This document shows, piece after piece, positions 26,304-37,405 of a stretch of DNA of 64,000 bases. Positions within the stretch are counted from its first letter, which is position 1. Every line of letters starts with the position of its first letter. The position numbers were made by a program, and so were the translations under genes. Below the pieces are notes generated by a model, which was not told the origin of the DNA, did not search any database, and was given only the letters and a program-made list of their open reading frames with translations. The stretch is from Eledone cirrhosa (taxonomy: Eukaryota). The DNA is taken from NCBI GenBank assembly GCA_964016885.1, contig OZ024741.1, positions 22,754,001 through 22,818,000 of the forward strand, given 5' to 3'.

Positions 26304-26531
26304 TAGTTTCCCATTTTGGTTCAAATATTTTGAAGACTGTCAACACTTGCTGAGCATTGATGTACAATGAAGAAGCAATATTGTCAAGGGTTGAAAATGG
26401 TAAGAAAACATCAGGTATAATGGCACCAATATTGTTCCGTGGTATTGAAACTCCTAAAGCTACAGCCAGTGTTGATGTTATATCAATTTGGTCAACTTCA
26501 GAGAATGGCTTCAGGAAGGGGCTTTTGAAAT
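26304..26531 (-). CDS. PIGG: PIGG coding exon 5
   Basis: EVDQIDITSTLAVALGVSIPRNNIG; phase-compatible CAG acceptor and GTAAGT donor; 228 nt. Confidence 0.92.
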
Positions 26532-26547
26532 CTGGCAAAAGACAGGA

Positions 26548-27068
26548 ATTAATGTAGTATTAGCTGTCACACACGTGTAGCAACTTTAATGTGGTATCAG
26601 CTGTGTTATATCAACACTGTCACACACATGTGGTAACTTTAGTGTGGTATTAGCTGTGTTATGTCAATACTGCAACACATGTAGCAACTTTAATGTAGTA
26701 TTAGCTGTTATATCAACACTGTAACACATGTAGTAATTTTAATGTGGTATTAGCTATGTTATATCAAGTCATACACATGTGGTAACTTTAATGTGCTATA
26801 TTGCACTGTAACACATATAGCAACTTTAGTGTGGTATCAGCTGTTATATCAACACTGTCACACACATGTAGCAACTTTAGTGTGGCATTAGCTGCATTAT
26901 GTCAACACTGTCACATGTAGCAAATTTAATGTGGTATTAGCTGTTATATCAATACTGTAACATGTAGCATCTTTAATGTGGTATTAGCTGTGTTATATCA
27001 ACAACACTGTGATACATTTAGTAACTTTAATGTGGTATTAGCTGTATCATATGACACTGTAACACATG
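26548..27068. repeat. ~50-bp degenerate minisatellite filling most of PIGG intron 4
   Basis: Recurring ACATGTAGCAACTTTAATGTGGTATTAGCTGTTATATCAACACTGT. Confidence 0.9.
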
Positions 27069-27210
27069 AAGGAACGTCCATTATTAACAACATGAAGGAA
27101 CAGCCATCCAGGAATTAAAAAATACTCTTTGCAATTATCCAAATTGTCAAAAACGAAAAAAAAATACATACCATCTTGTATAGTTGCAAAGTAAAGAAAC
27201 ATTGAAATAC

Positions 27211-27346
27211 CTTTATTCCTGTTGTCAGCTGAATTAAGCCAGATCATAGCTGAAGTAACTTCTTTGTGAGAAGAACCACCATGACTGCCTTGGTCACTCA
27301 TGCCATGGTCACCACAAACTACCATAAGAGTTGGGTGTTGTTCATG
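27211..27346 (-). CDS. PIGG: PIGG coding exon 4
   Basis: PTLMVVCGDHGMSDQGSHGGSS motif; CAG acceptor and GTATTT donor; 136 nt, ends in phase 1. Confidence 0.93.
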
Positions 27347-28815
27347 CTGTGTATTAAATCACATAACAGAGAAAATCTTATGATTTCATTGGTGTGTAAT
27401 GTTAGTGAGCTTGAATGATGTAGCATAAATGAACTGAGAGAAAAAATTACTATGACAAGAATTGGATGTAGTGAGAAGAATACATTGGTATAACCCATGC
27501 TAACATGGAAAATAGACATTAAACGATGATGATGATATGTATCGAAGATGACAGCTGTATAAAGTATATAGAAATCTCAGTTGATGGAACTCATGAAAGA
27601 AGGTAGAGCTAGGAAGACATAGGATGAAGTAGTGAAGACTTATCTTAGCAAGTTGAACCTCACAACAGAGATGACAAACAACTGTAAAGATTAGCAACAT
27701 GTGCTACTGGAAAAGATTTGCTTGCCAACATTAAAGATTTGATCTGGCTCATTCTTACCTCCCTTTTAACTATCTCTCCCAGTAGCTAGTATCACCAACA
27801 CCTCACCATCACTCCTTAGTAGCTAGTCTCACCACCACACCTCCATGACCTCTCAGTAGGTAATCTCACAACCACCCCACCATCTCAACTCTATCTAGGA
27901 TCATACCCCACCTCTAACCCCTTAGTAGCTGTTACAATCACAGTTCCTCCTATACTCTTGGAGGTGACCCCCTCCCCTCATCACCCTGTAAAATAACACC
28001 ACACTTGTCTACACATCCACCTCGTTACACCCCCCACCATAGAGTAGAGATGGCTCTACACCTCATATATCCTCCTCCTCCTTACACCCCCACCATAAGG
28101 GCTCTTCGGTTGAGCTAATGACCCCAAGACACCTTGTGCCAAAAGAGGGTTAAGATGTATCAAGGGCATGTCAACCTCTCTAGTGTTGGTGATCTCCATG
28201 ATAAATGTCACTAACTCTGTACAGTGGTTGGTGATAGGAAGGACATCCAGCAAAAGGTTGGGTTAAAATATAACCTCATATGAGTGGAAGAAGGGAGAGA
28301 ATGAAAGAAAGAGAGTCTAAAGCATGAGATGAGGAATGAAAGAAAATAGAGAAAGAGAAGAAAAGAAAAGCAGGAATGAGAATGATGGAATAAAAAAATT
28401 CATTTTTGGAGAATTACGAAAGAGAAAAAAACAGCAGAGAAAGGATGAAGAATGTAAACCAAAGAGAAGCAAAGAGCATCATAATCACCTCATCAGCTTC
28501 TTTCTAACCAAGATGATTTCGGAGAGTAAAAGGAAGTATCATATATTTAAGGATAGCCCACACAATAGAATCAAAATTTCCATTGGTATAACACTGATAT
28601 AAAGAGAAACAAAACAAGATAGGATGCCCTTCCTAACACTAACCACATTTCAGTGTGAACTGGGTGCTTTTTATCATGGCTCTGAAGCAACCACCTTACA
28701 GGATGAACTGGACTCATTTTATCATGACACCAGCATGACCAATTCAGCCTACAATTCATTAACCTCTGAACAAATGAAGCTGTCTTAGCCTGCTGAAGTT
28801 CAAGCAACTTCTTAC

Positions 28816-29004
28816 CTGTTCCTGAAGTTTTTGGTGTATGAATTCAATAATTTTATCCATTTCTTGAAGTTTAGGTTTCACCAAAGAACTTGATGGCTTT
28901 GCCAAGTGACCAATATGATCCAGCCCTAGATAGTGCAGTACCATCACATCCCAATCCTTTTGTTGTAATTCCCATTCCAAGTGGCGACTGACATTAGCAT
29001 CAAC
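28816..29004 (-). CDS. PIGG: PIGG coding exon 3
   Basis: VDANVSRHL...DWDVMVLHYLGLDHIGH...KLQEMD; AG acceptor and GTAAGA donor; 189 nt. Confidence 0.95.
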
Positions 29005-30450
29005 CTACAAGAAAAACATTAACAATGAAGCAACTATTTTATCCATAATTAATTTTATCAAGTTATTGTATTCTTGGGTCTCAAATAATCGCCCCCCCCC
29101 CCCCCCACACACACACACACACACTACTCATTAATTTTCCAGATCCCCTCCTACTAATATTTGTGACCCGAGAGTAATTAAAGACAAGAGACCACAGTAG
29201 TAATGATTTAATGGAGACAATCTAGGGTTTCAAAGGACCTTTCAATCTGGATGAGCACCTGACAACCTCTCAGGTGTTGCAGTCATGATAAAATGCACCA
29301 AGTATCCTCTGTAAAGAGTTGGTGTTAGAGTCATGATAAAATGCACCCAGTCATCATCATTCATCATCATTTCATTTTATGTCCGCTTTTCCCTGCTTGC
29401 AAGGGTGGGACGGGAACTGCTTCTGGCTTGATTTCTACAGCTGGATGCCCTTCCTAACACCACCTTCATTTACAGTGAGTGCTGGGTGCTTTTTTGCCGT
29501 GGCACCTCCACGGCCACTTTGCAGTGGAATGATAGGGACCCCAGTCCTATCATCTCATTTCTACAGCTGAGTAAACTGGAGCAATGTGCCTCCAGTAAAC
29601 TCTGTAAAGTGATAATGCTGGTCCATTGAAAATATGCATCCAGTACACCCTGTAAGGTGGCTGGCAGTAGGAAGGGCACCAAACAGTAGAAACCATGTCC
29701 AATATGGAGACTAAGAGCAAGATGGGTGACTCCGACATGTCTGGTCATGGACCATGATAACCTGTCCAACCCATGTCAGCATGGAAACATATGTAATATG
29801 ATAATGATGAATTATATATATGAGAGGACCCTCCAATCATGTCATGGACTTGACAACCTCCCTAGTGTTGGTGATTTACATGATAAACACACTGTAAAGT
29901 GATAAGAAGGGCATCCAGCTGTAGAAAACTCGGCACTTTTGACGTGACACCTACATGACCAATTTATTGTGTGGACTGGGTGCTTTTGACATGACACCTA
30001 CACAACCACTTTACAGTGTGGGCTGGGTATTTTTTGTCATGTTGCTATCATCACCACTTTATAGAAATTTTTAAAAAATAAATTCATTTCAATTTTATGT
30101 AATTTTAGATTTATTTAATTTTTTTTCTTTTTCTTATAATTTACTTCACTAGCCGTGTATAAATTTAAAATATAAAAAGATGCATAAATGAAAAAAGTAT
30201 GATACACTGTTTACAAAAAGAGAATAGAAAGTTCTTAGGAATTGAATGAAGTGGTTCATTATTGAGAATGTGCTAATCAGCTAAGTGAAGCCATCAAGAT
30301 TATAGTAAAAAAAACTATCATCCTTTTCATGACAGCCTGTAAAAAGGATCACTTTATGTAAAGTCAATGTTTATTTTATTTACAAATTTTGACATTTTTT
30401 TTTTTTTAATGTTACTAAAAATGGTAGGTTTTTTTAATGAGAAAAGTTAC

Positions 30451-30660
30451 CTCAGTGTAGTCTGAAACAAAAAAAGAAACTGTGCCGTCTTGTCTATGGA
30501 ATTGGTCTGGGAATAAATCAATCCAAGTATTATCACCATAAAAGACAATTTTCTTTCCACTTTTGAAAAGCTGAAATATTAGGTTGTCTTCCTGAGTGGC
30601 CTGGGTCCCAAAATTCAATATAATGTCAATAAATCCAGGAATTGTTCCAGTCATCATTGC
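30451..30660 (-). CDS. PIGG: PIGG coding exon 2
   Basis: AMMTGTIPGFIDII...FYGDNTWIDLFP...SFFVSDYTE; TAG acceptor and GTAAC donor; 210 nt. Confidence 0.95.
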
Positions 30661-31059
30661 CTACAAAAAGAGACAACAAAAACCCAAATAAACATAAATT
30701 TAATATAGTTCAGCAATAAATCTTTAAACCTTTAGCATTTAAACCGGCCGAATCTGGCCAGAATACTCTCACCTCTTTCTGTTCAAACTGGCCACTCATA
30801 CTTATGTTAAAGTATTGTTCTCAAAATAAATAATATCAAAATCTCAGAGATTCGATATTATATGAGATAATTATGTGAAATAAAGTGTTTACCATGAAAA
30901 TATAATAGTAAATATAGAGTAATGTAAATGGTTAAGGCTTAAACCTGGCAGCAAGCAACATTTTGTCTTGACAGAATTATTTAAAAAGAAAAAAATGTTA
31001 ATATAAATTTAACATCATCATTGTTTAACGTCTATTTTCCAGCCAGCATGGGTTAGAAG

Positions 31060-31440
31060 GGTGGGGATGAGACATCTGCCTCTTACCCAGGGACAAAGGG
31101 TAAAATAATCTGGTCTCTTCCTATCACTTCTGGATAATCCATCTGGCTCCAGAACTGAGGGAATATTTACCCGAACTAGAGCCCGCTTAATTATCAGGTT
31201 TAGTTCGGTGTAGGGGGTGAAGCGACCAGCATTAAGGCGACAGGTCAAACCATGGAGGCCTGTGGAGTCGAGGGACCTACCACAGCAACATCTCAGACCC
31301 CCACAGACAACAGATCCCACTCGGAGTGCAATGGAGATGCGGAGCTTGTCCTGACTGAGAAGACCACCAATGTTGGCAACAGGCAGGGCATTAACCCAGT
31401 CCCTCGAGAACTTTGCGCTTGCAGAAAGTAAGCGATACCT
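31060..31440 (-). mobile_element. CRE-like non-LTR retrotransposon remnant (zinc knuckle plus restriction-like endonuclease)
   Basis: CCCGRSLDSTGLHGLTC...LNLIIKRAL...IPSVLEPDGLSRSDRKRPD...PW: CCHC followed by PD-(D/E)xK entry motifs. Confidence 0.8.
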
Positions 31441-31699
31441 TGAAAATGTATCAGAGTGATAAACAAGAGAGTTAAAAGTTTCACTCGGGCGCAGATTGTC
31501 CCTTACTCTCTGCTTCCGTCAATCCTCGTCAGTATCAGGAACTGACAAACCCAGCTCTCTCCACTGTAATAAAGCTAAATCCATCTGGTGGAACTAGTCC
31601 AAAACTACAAATATATTTTGTTTATCTTTTTCTATTTTATTTTTAAGCAGCAATTGCCGGATGAATAAGCAACAGCGGTAAAGTACTAGACGAGATGGA

Positions 31700-32222
31700 G
31701 CAATGGGTTACACCTGTAGCTCCCAAGAAACTCCGGCAGGTGGGTAGGTGTAAAAGCTAAACTCGCTATCTACAATTCGGTATTCGTGTCAATCCTTACC
31801 TATGGTCTTGAATTTGGGGTAATGAACGAAAGAATACGATCGCGAATACAACCGGCCGAAACGGTGTGTCTCGGAAAGGTCTTTAGAGTAACATTACTCG
31901 ATAGAGTGTGAAGCTGGGAGATCGGAGTCACTCTATTTAGAGTCGCTACTTCTCCGAATTGAGAGATCACAGCTCCAACACTATGGGCATGTGGTTAGAA
32001 TGTCTCGGGAAAGAATTGCAGATTTTTTTACGGGGAAAACCAGCCAGAAGGAGACCCGGGGGTAGATCCCGAGTAAGATGTTTTGATAACATCCATGAGC
32101 TTGGCTGGTCTCAATGGGGGATCCAGCCGGATCAGTTGGAGACGGTTCCTTCTGACATGACCTGCTGGAAGGAGTGTTTGAGAACTCTGCCCCCACGACC
32201 CTCCCAGGAATAAGTGGGCGAA
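31700..32222 (+). mobile_element. Second RTE family (Rex3/Expander-like) 3' fragment; related pieces near 3945-4365, 9890-10000, 33990-34330(-), 39990-40440(-)
   Basis: Degenerate YGxExWVM..RIRSRIQ, PLLLRIERSQLQ and KPxxRRPxGR motifs. Confidence 0.75.
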
Positions 32223-32262
32223 GATATTCCGTGGTAAATTAGTCTAAACATTTAAAACTTAC

Positions 32263-32622
32263 TTTTATTCTAGGAAGGGTCACCGTAGGCGGGTGAGCGA
32301 TAGAGTAATAAGCAATTGCCTCTTCACGTTTCAGAAGTTGTTCGACATATATCATGTTGGAATTGTTGTTGATGACAAAATCTGCTCGTAAAGAATCGAT
32401 GACCATAACCACAACACGACTGAATGCATGTTTATAATTGGAATTAAATTGAAAATGTTTGTCTTTCTCTGGTTCAACCGAAACATATGTTGTTTCGTCT
32501 TTAGAGCCAAACAATTCATTTTTCGGAGGGAAGAGCGAAAATAGAAATGTACAATAAAATAAAAAGAAATTTAGTATAAAAACGAATATGAAAAGTTTTT
32601 GCGATATTTCTAAAGTTGCCAT
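32263..32622 (-). CDS. PIGG: PIGG (GPI ethanolamine phosphate transferase 2) coding exon 1
   Basis: ATG at 32622. Encodes an N-terminal hydrophobic segment, VVVMVIDSLRADF and PPTVTLPRIK (alkaline-phosphatase-superfamily motifs of PIGG/PIGO). GTAAGT donor; 360 nt, phase 0. Confidence 0.93.
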
Positions 32623-32882
32623 AAACAAACCGGCACGCTGCTTTATAGATTCGTAATTGACTACGAATGAATAAAAGTAATTAGAAACAATCTTAAATAA
32701 GAAAATAATATTATTTTACTTTTTAAAATTAATTTGATGATTTAATATTTAATTTAATAATATTTTAGCTGAGAAGTAGTTTAATAAATTAGTGTGAAAC
32801 TACTTCTGTGTGATATTTGTTAAGTTTATATCCCAGGCGCCAAGTGTTGAGACTTCCTCTTCCGTTTGGACAATTAACAGAG
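32623..32882. promoter_or_regulatory. Shared bidirectional promoter region PIGG/RPL37A with TATA-like box and TCT/5'TOP motif
   Basis: Divergent ATGs at 32622 (-) and 32883 (+). TTTATA at 32825-32830 lies ~30 nt upstream of the pyrimidine tract CTTCCTCTTCC (32853-32863), typical of ribosomal-protein start sites. Confidence 0.8.
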
Positions 32883-32885
32883 ATG
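32883..32885 (+). CDS. RPL37A: RPL37A coding exon 1 (ATG only)
   Basis: ATG immediately followed by a GTATGT donor, just downstream of the TOP motif. Confidence 0.88.
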
Positions 32886-33352
32886 GTATGTTATATTTAC
32901 TTGTCTTCCTTATCTTGATTAATCTTCGTTATTTAAAAAATTTATTTTAACAAAAATATATAAAGTGTTTCCCTTAATCAATTCTGTATCGTATATTAAT
33001 GTCATTTTTTCCCAATTTAAATTGAAAAGTGATTTATGTAGCCAGATCATGAGGAGTGCTCTATCTCGCACGAGTAGTTTCTTTCTATTTAACTATACAT
33101 TGTTATTTATACTAAACATTATATAAAATCGATCATCGTCTTTTATCTATTTCTAAATATATTCATTGCTAAATTTTTTAATTAATTTAGTGCAACCACA
33201 GCAAGTTTAACTCGTGCTCAGTAAAAATTACGCTGGCATTATATTTTGTTAAAGTATCTTAAGTAGAATTGGATCGAGAAATTAAACAGGTAAAGCGGGT
33301 GGTTGTCTAAAAAAAGATGTATTATATCTCTTACTTTCTTCGGTTTATTTAG

Positions 33353-33481
33353 GCTAAACGTACAAAAAAGGTCGGAATCTGCGGTAAATACGGTACCAGG
33401 TATGGTGCCTCACTGCGTAAGACAGTGAAAAAGATGGAAGTATCGCAGCATGCCAAATATACCTGCAAATTTTGTGGCAAG
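33353..33481 (+). CDS. RPL37A: RPL37A (eL43) coding exon 2
   Basis: [43 protein letters not shown]; TTTAG acceptor and GTAAGC donor. Confidence 0.98.
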
Positions 33482-34456
33482 GTAAGCATAATACTAATTT
33501 TTCATCTCGGTCAATAATATTTTGAAATATAGTCCATTTCTCTCGTCTACATCAGTGAAAGTGTCTGTCTTAGTGGTTAGGGTGTTGGATTGACGGTGAT
33601 AAGAGTGGTGGGTTTGGGTGGAGCGCCACAGTTTCATTGCATAATACAAGGAACATCCTGTGATTTACAACCTCATGGAAAGCTAGTTGTTGGACACAAT
33701 GTAAATATAAACTGTGTGAAGATGTTCATCATAGCAAGGTCATCATCATCATCGTTTAACGTCCATTTTCCACGCTAGCATGGGTTAGACTGGTCGTCCC
33801 ATTTAAGGTAAGTTGGGTCAGGTGCCCGTCATAGTCGTATAGGACTTTCTATGGCTGAAAAAGGGAGGGCTTAAGAAATAGAATGGAGAGGACTGTTCAG
33901 TTGTGAAATGCCTGACAACCGCTCTAGTGCTGGTTCCAAGATAAAATGTAGAGTGAGTATGTAAACTAGTTTGAGAAATCTAGCTCTGGGTATGTACTGA
34001 CTTTGGTCTATGACTTATTCCTGAGAGGGTCATGGGGGCATGGGCCTCAAACTGAACCGAGTGAGACCTGCCGAGCTCATGGTTATCCAACCATCTTACC
34101 CTGTGTCTCCTGCCAGTTGGTTTTGCCCGTAAAATCTGTCCAATTCTTTCCTGGGGCATTATAATCACAAGTCCATATTATAGAGCTGTGGTCTCTCAAT
34201 TTGGAGAAGTAGGGGCTCTGTCTGGAGGAACCCCATTTCGGCCGCTTGTATTAGAGATCGTATTGTTTCGGTCATTACCCAGGGTTCATGGCAATCCATT
34301 AAAATGTAACCTGTAGGGTGAGTGAACTATTACAGGTTATATAGCTACGAGTGTCTGATTAGTCTAGCTTTGATTAAATACTAACTTGTCTGGCGATCCA
34401 TCGGGGAAAACGGACGTTAGGTAATAGCTTAATCGACAAATAAACAACAAACCCTG

Positions 34457-34621
34457 TTCTCATGAATATGTGATATGGATTCAATAAGTGCTGTTTTGGT
34501 GTAAGAATCTTTCTATTGAACTCTTAATTTCATGGGATACCACGTCCATTTGCTACATACACTGTCGGTTTTATAGCTCGTATTATGATCGTCTGTGTCT
34601 TGTAATGTTAGTAAAACATGG
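34457..34621 (+). ncRNA. Candidate intronic box H/ACA snoRNA in RPL37A intron 2
   Basis: Hairpin 1 (CTCATGAA/TTCATGGG and TTCAATA/TATTGAA around an internal loop), H box ATACCA at 34537-34542, hairpin 2 (TTTGCTA/TAGTAAA base), then ACA at 34616-34618 plus 3 nt. Sense orientation in a ribosomal-protein intron. Confidence 0.55.
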
Positions 34622-36212
34622 TTGAAGCAAAAACGAGTTTCTTTAGTTCTGTGTAATTTAATCCACCCAGAATTCTCTCACCCCAAACTAACCATAATAG
34701 GCCATTCATACTGATGTTAAGGTAATGTTCAGAAAATAAATAACATCAAAATCTCTTAGATTCAATATTATGTAAAGTAAAGACTTTATCTAAAGTAATG
34801 TAAATGTTAGAGGGTTACGGGTAGGTACCTATTCATTCGCACTCCTAGTGCTACCAAGCTGTGGAATCGGCTTCCTTTGTATGAACTGCAACTTCATCTA
34901 ATTGACCCCTCCTAAAAACATTCACTTTCTTTAAAATGTCCATTAAAATTCAGAATAATAGTTTTCATGTATATTATTTCATGCTTGCATTTCTTTTACC
35001 TCTCTGTTAGCTTAAGCTATTTGAGATCAAGTCTCCCTCTACTGCAGCTTCTCCTCCCACTGTGATTTCCTAGTACTTATTCATCCATTCACATTGCATA
35101 CCTGTTGCAATCTTCTCTCTTACACACTACATCTTATTCCACTTATACCCAGTTTCTCTCAACTCATCCATTGAAACCTGCTTGCTTCATTTTTCTCAAG
35201 CTCTACCACAGATTCACTTATAAGAACCAAATCATCATCATACATATATTCCTATGGACAGCCAGGCTTAAACTCCAGTGGTCTAAGAACTGAGCCCTGA
35301 TAAACAGCTCTTTTGAACATGACTTGCACTGCTTTCACAAGCCACTCTTTTACACCTGGTTTCGTTAAGAACCACCAGACAGCAGATCTTGGAACTCTGT
35401 CAAAGGCCTCCAGTTCTACAAAAGTGATCAACCTCTCATAATAGCATTTCCAGGTTTCTTAGAATGTTGGCAAACTTCCTGATTTCACCTTGCATGTTGT
35501 GTATACCTATCTAATTTATATATATACACACACACTTTTCGTGAACATGGTTGTGACATAACATTCCTTATCTATAAATACATTGGTCACAATATTCTAT
35601 GAATTCTTGTTTTGAATATATTTCAGCTGACACTGAGCAATGTTATTAAGATAAAGGATGTCGTGCTGGCGGGAAAGATTTGGCAATGTTGGATATTTGT
35701 ATATCAAGTCTTCTGAGCGTGGTGTTTTGTAAGAATGGTGTTTATCATACAAGCCAGGTTCTGTCTTATTAAAAAGGATAGCTGAGATTAATGTTTTGTA
35801 CTTAGTTTGGTCAATTACTAAGCAATGTCTAATAAATATGTCCTAGCTGTTTATGCTGGCTCCCTAAGGCCTGCCTACTTGTCCATGTTGATTCATTGAT
35901 GTACATACATGATTGTAGGGGGCATGACTGAACCATCAGTGCACACTTATGGAGTAGTTGGTAAACTTTTTATCTGGTTGATCTTGTGAATATTTTCAAC
36001 AAGTGTTCCTTACATTACCATATATCATGACCTATGCATTTTTTTCAACATGACATTAATTCTTAGTATCTTGTACATTACAAACAGTAGTATAGCTGCA
36101 TCACACAGAACAATTCTGCTAAATAAATCATTACAGAATATTGCTTGGTTAAATGTGTCCAAGCCAGTATAGCTATTTATATTGATTATTTATTTATTTA
36201 TTTATTTATTAG

Positions 36213-36295
36213 GATGCTGTTAAAAGGAAAGCCGTAGGTATCTGGTCTTGTAAATCTTGTCGAAAAATTGTAGCCGGAGGTGCATGGTCTTACAG
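36213..36295 (+). CDS. RPL37A: RPL37A coding exon 3
   Basis: DAVKRKAVGIWSCKSCRKIVAGGAWSY, containing the second CxxC of the zinc finger; TAG acceptor and GTAAGT donor. Confidence 0.98.
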
Positions 36296-36854
36296 GTAAG
36301 TGATTTCTTAAGCAAGTATAAAATAGTGGGGTTTTTTTACCCTTTAGTTACCAACCCAGCCAAAACCGGCTCTGGTTCTATGAAATATGACCACCCATTT
36401 TTAAAGGATTCTAATTTTAAAATCTTCCAGCTTAATGTCATATAAGATCCTAACATTAAGTTACTATTTTAGTAAATCCATCGAAATGTGGTCATGGAAG
36501 GGTTAAAGTTTCAAGGAATTCATTAAGGGCTGAAATATTTCTAATGAACACAGCATCCTCATCATCATCGTCATTTAATGTCTATCCTCCAGGCTGGCAT
36601 GGGTTAGACTGCATATGTATTTCAATTGATTTTGAAAATAAGAATTTTGGGGTATTTGGCACAATAACTGGTCAATTGGTGTTTGAAGCAAAACAAAAAG
36701 ATTCTTATTGATATGCTTTTGTCCCAAAGAATCAGACATTCTCAGGGAAATAGAGAAAAGTCTAGTATTTGTGGTTCATTATGGATAATAATTAATGTAA
36801 AATATTTGTTCTTTAACTGATTGTTATTATAAATGATAACCTTTCCTTTTTCAG

Positions 36855-36918
36855 TACAACAGCTGCTGTTACAGTTCGCAGTGCTATAAGACGTTTGCGA
36901 GACATGAAGGAATCTTAA
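36855..36918 (+). CDS. RPL37A: RPL37A coding exon 4
   Basis: (S)TTAAVTVRSAIRRLRDMKES-TAA; total 279 nt = 92 aa + stop. Confidence 0.97.
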
Positions 36919-36938
36919 TCATATTGATTTTCCTGTTC

Positions 36939-36944
36939 AATAAA
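36939..36944 (+). terminator. RPL37A polyadenylation signal
   Basis: AATAAA 20 nt after the stop codon, followed by a GT/T-rich stretch (TTGGTATGTTTT). Confidence 0.8.
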
Positions 36945-37181
36945 TATTTAAAAAATAACCTTGGTATGTTTTATTTAAAAATAAATTTTAAAACCCTTCT
37001 CTCTCTTCTGTAAACATCCTGCGATGTTTATGGTGTCCTGTCTCAGGCGAAGTGGTTTCATCAAATTTTATGTGTAGAGTATAAATACATTGTTAGACGT
37101 TCCTTTGAGACGGGCTTGTGCTGCTTTTAATTGTTCCATTAACATAATAGTCTGCTAACGGTGTTTGTGTATCACATAGAC

Positions 37182-37405
37182 CAGGGTTTCTCAGTGGTCC
37201 ATATAGTTCCCTGGTGGAGGTGAATTCACTAGTTTGTATGTATTAATCTCTAACGGAAGAATAAAAATTGCTGTATTATATAGTTATTGTACACCTGACG
37301 GAAGGATTTATAGGATGGGATATTTACATAATCTGATCAAAATGAACGTGCCAGTCCTAACTGAAAAGATCCTTTAAACCCTTTCTATGAGTTTGAGAAA
37401 CACTG
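37182..37405. mobile_element. hAT (Charlie-like) MITE
   Basis: TIRs CAGGGTTTCTCA / TGAGAAACACTG with an 8-bp target duplication ACATAGAC / ACTTAGAC. Confidence 0.75.

Noticed and set aside
35240-35260. U17/snR30 motif ATATTCCTA
   Set aside because: It lies inside a minus-strand RTE remnant and lacks a properly placed AAACCAT partner and ACA box.
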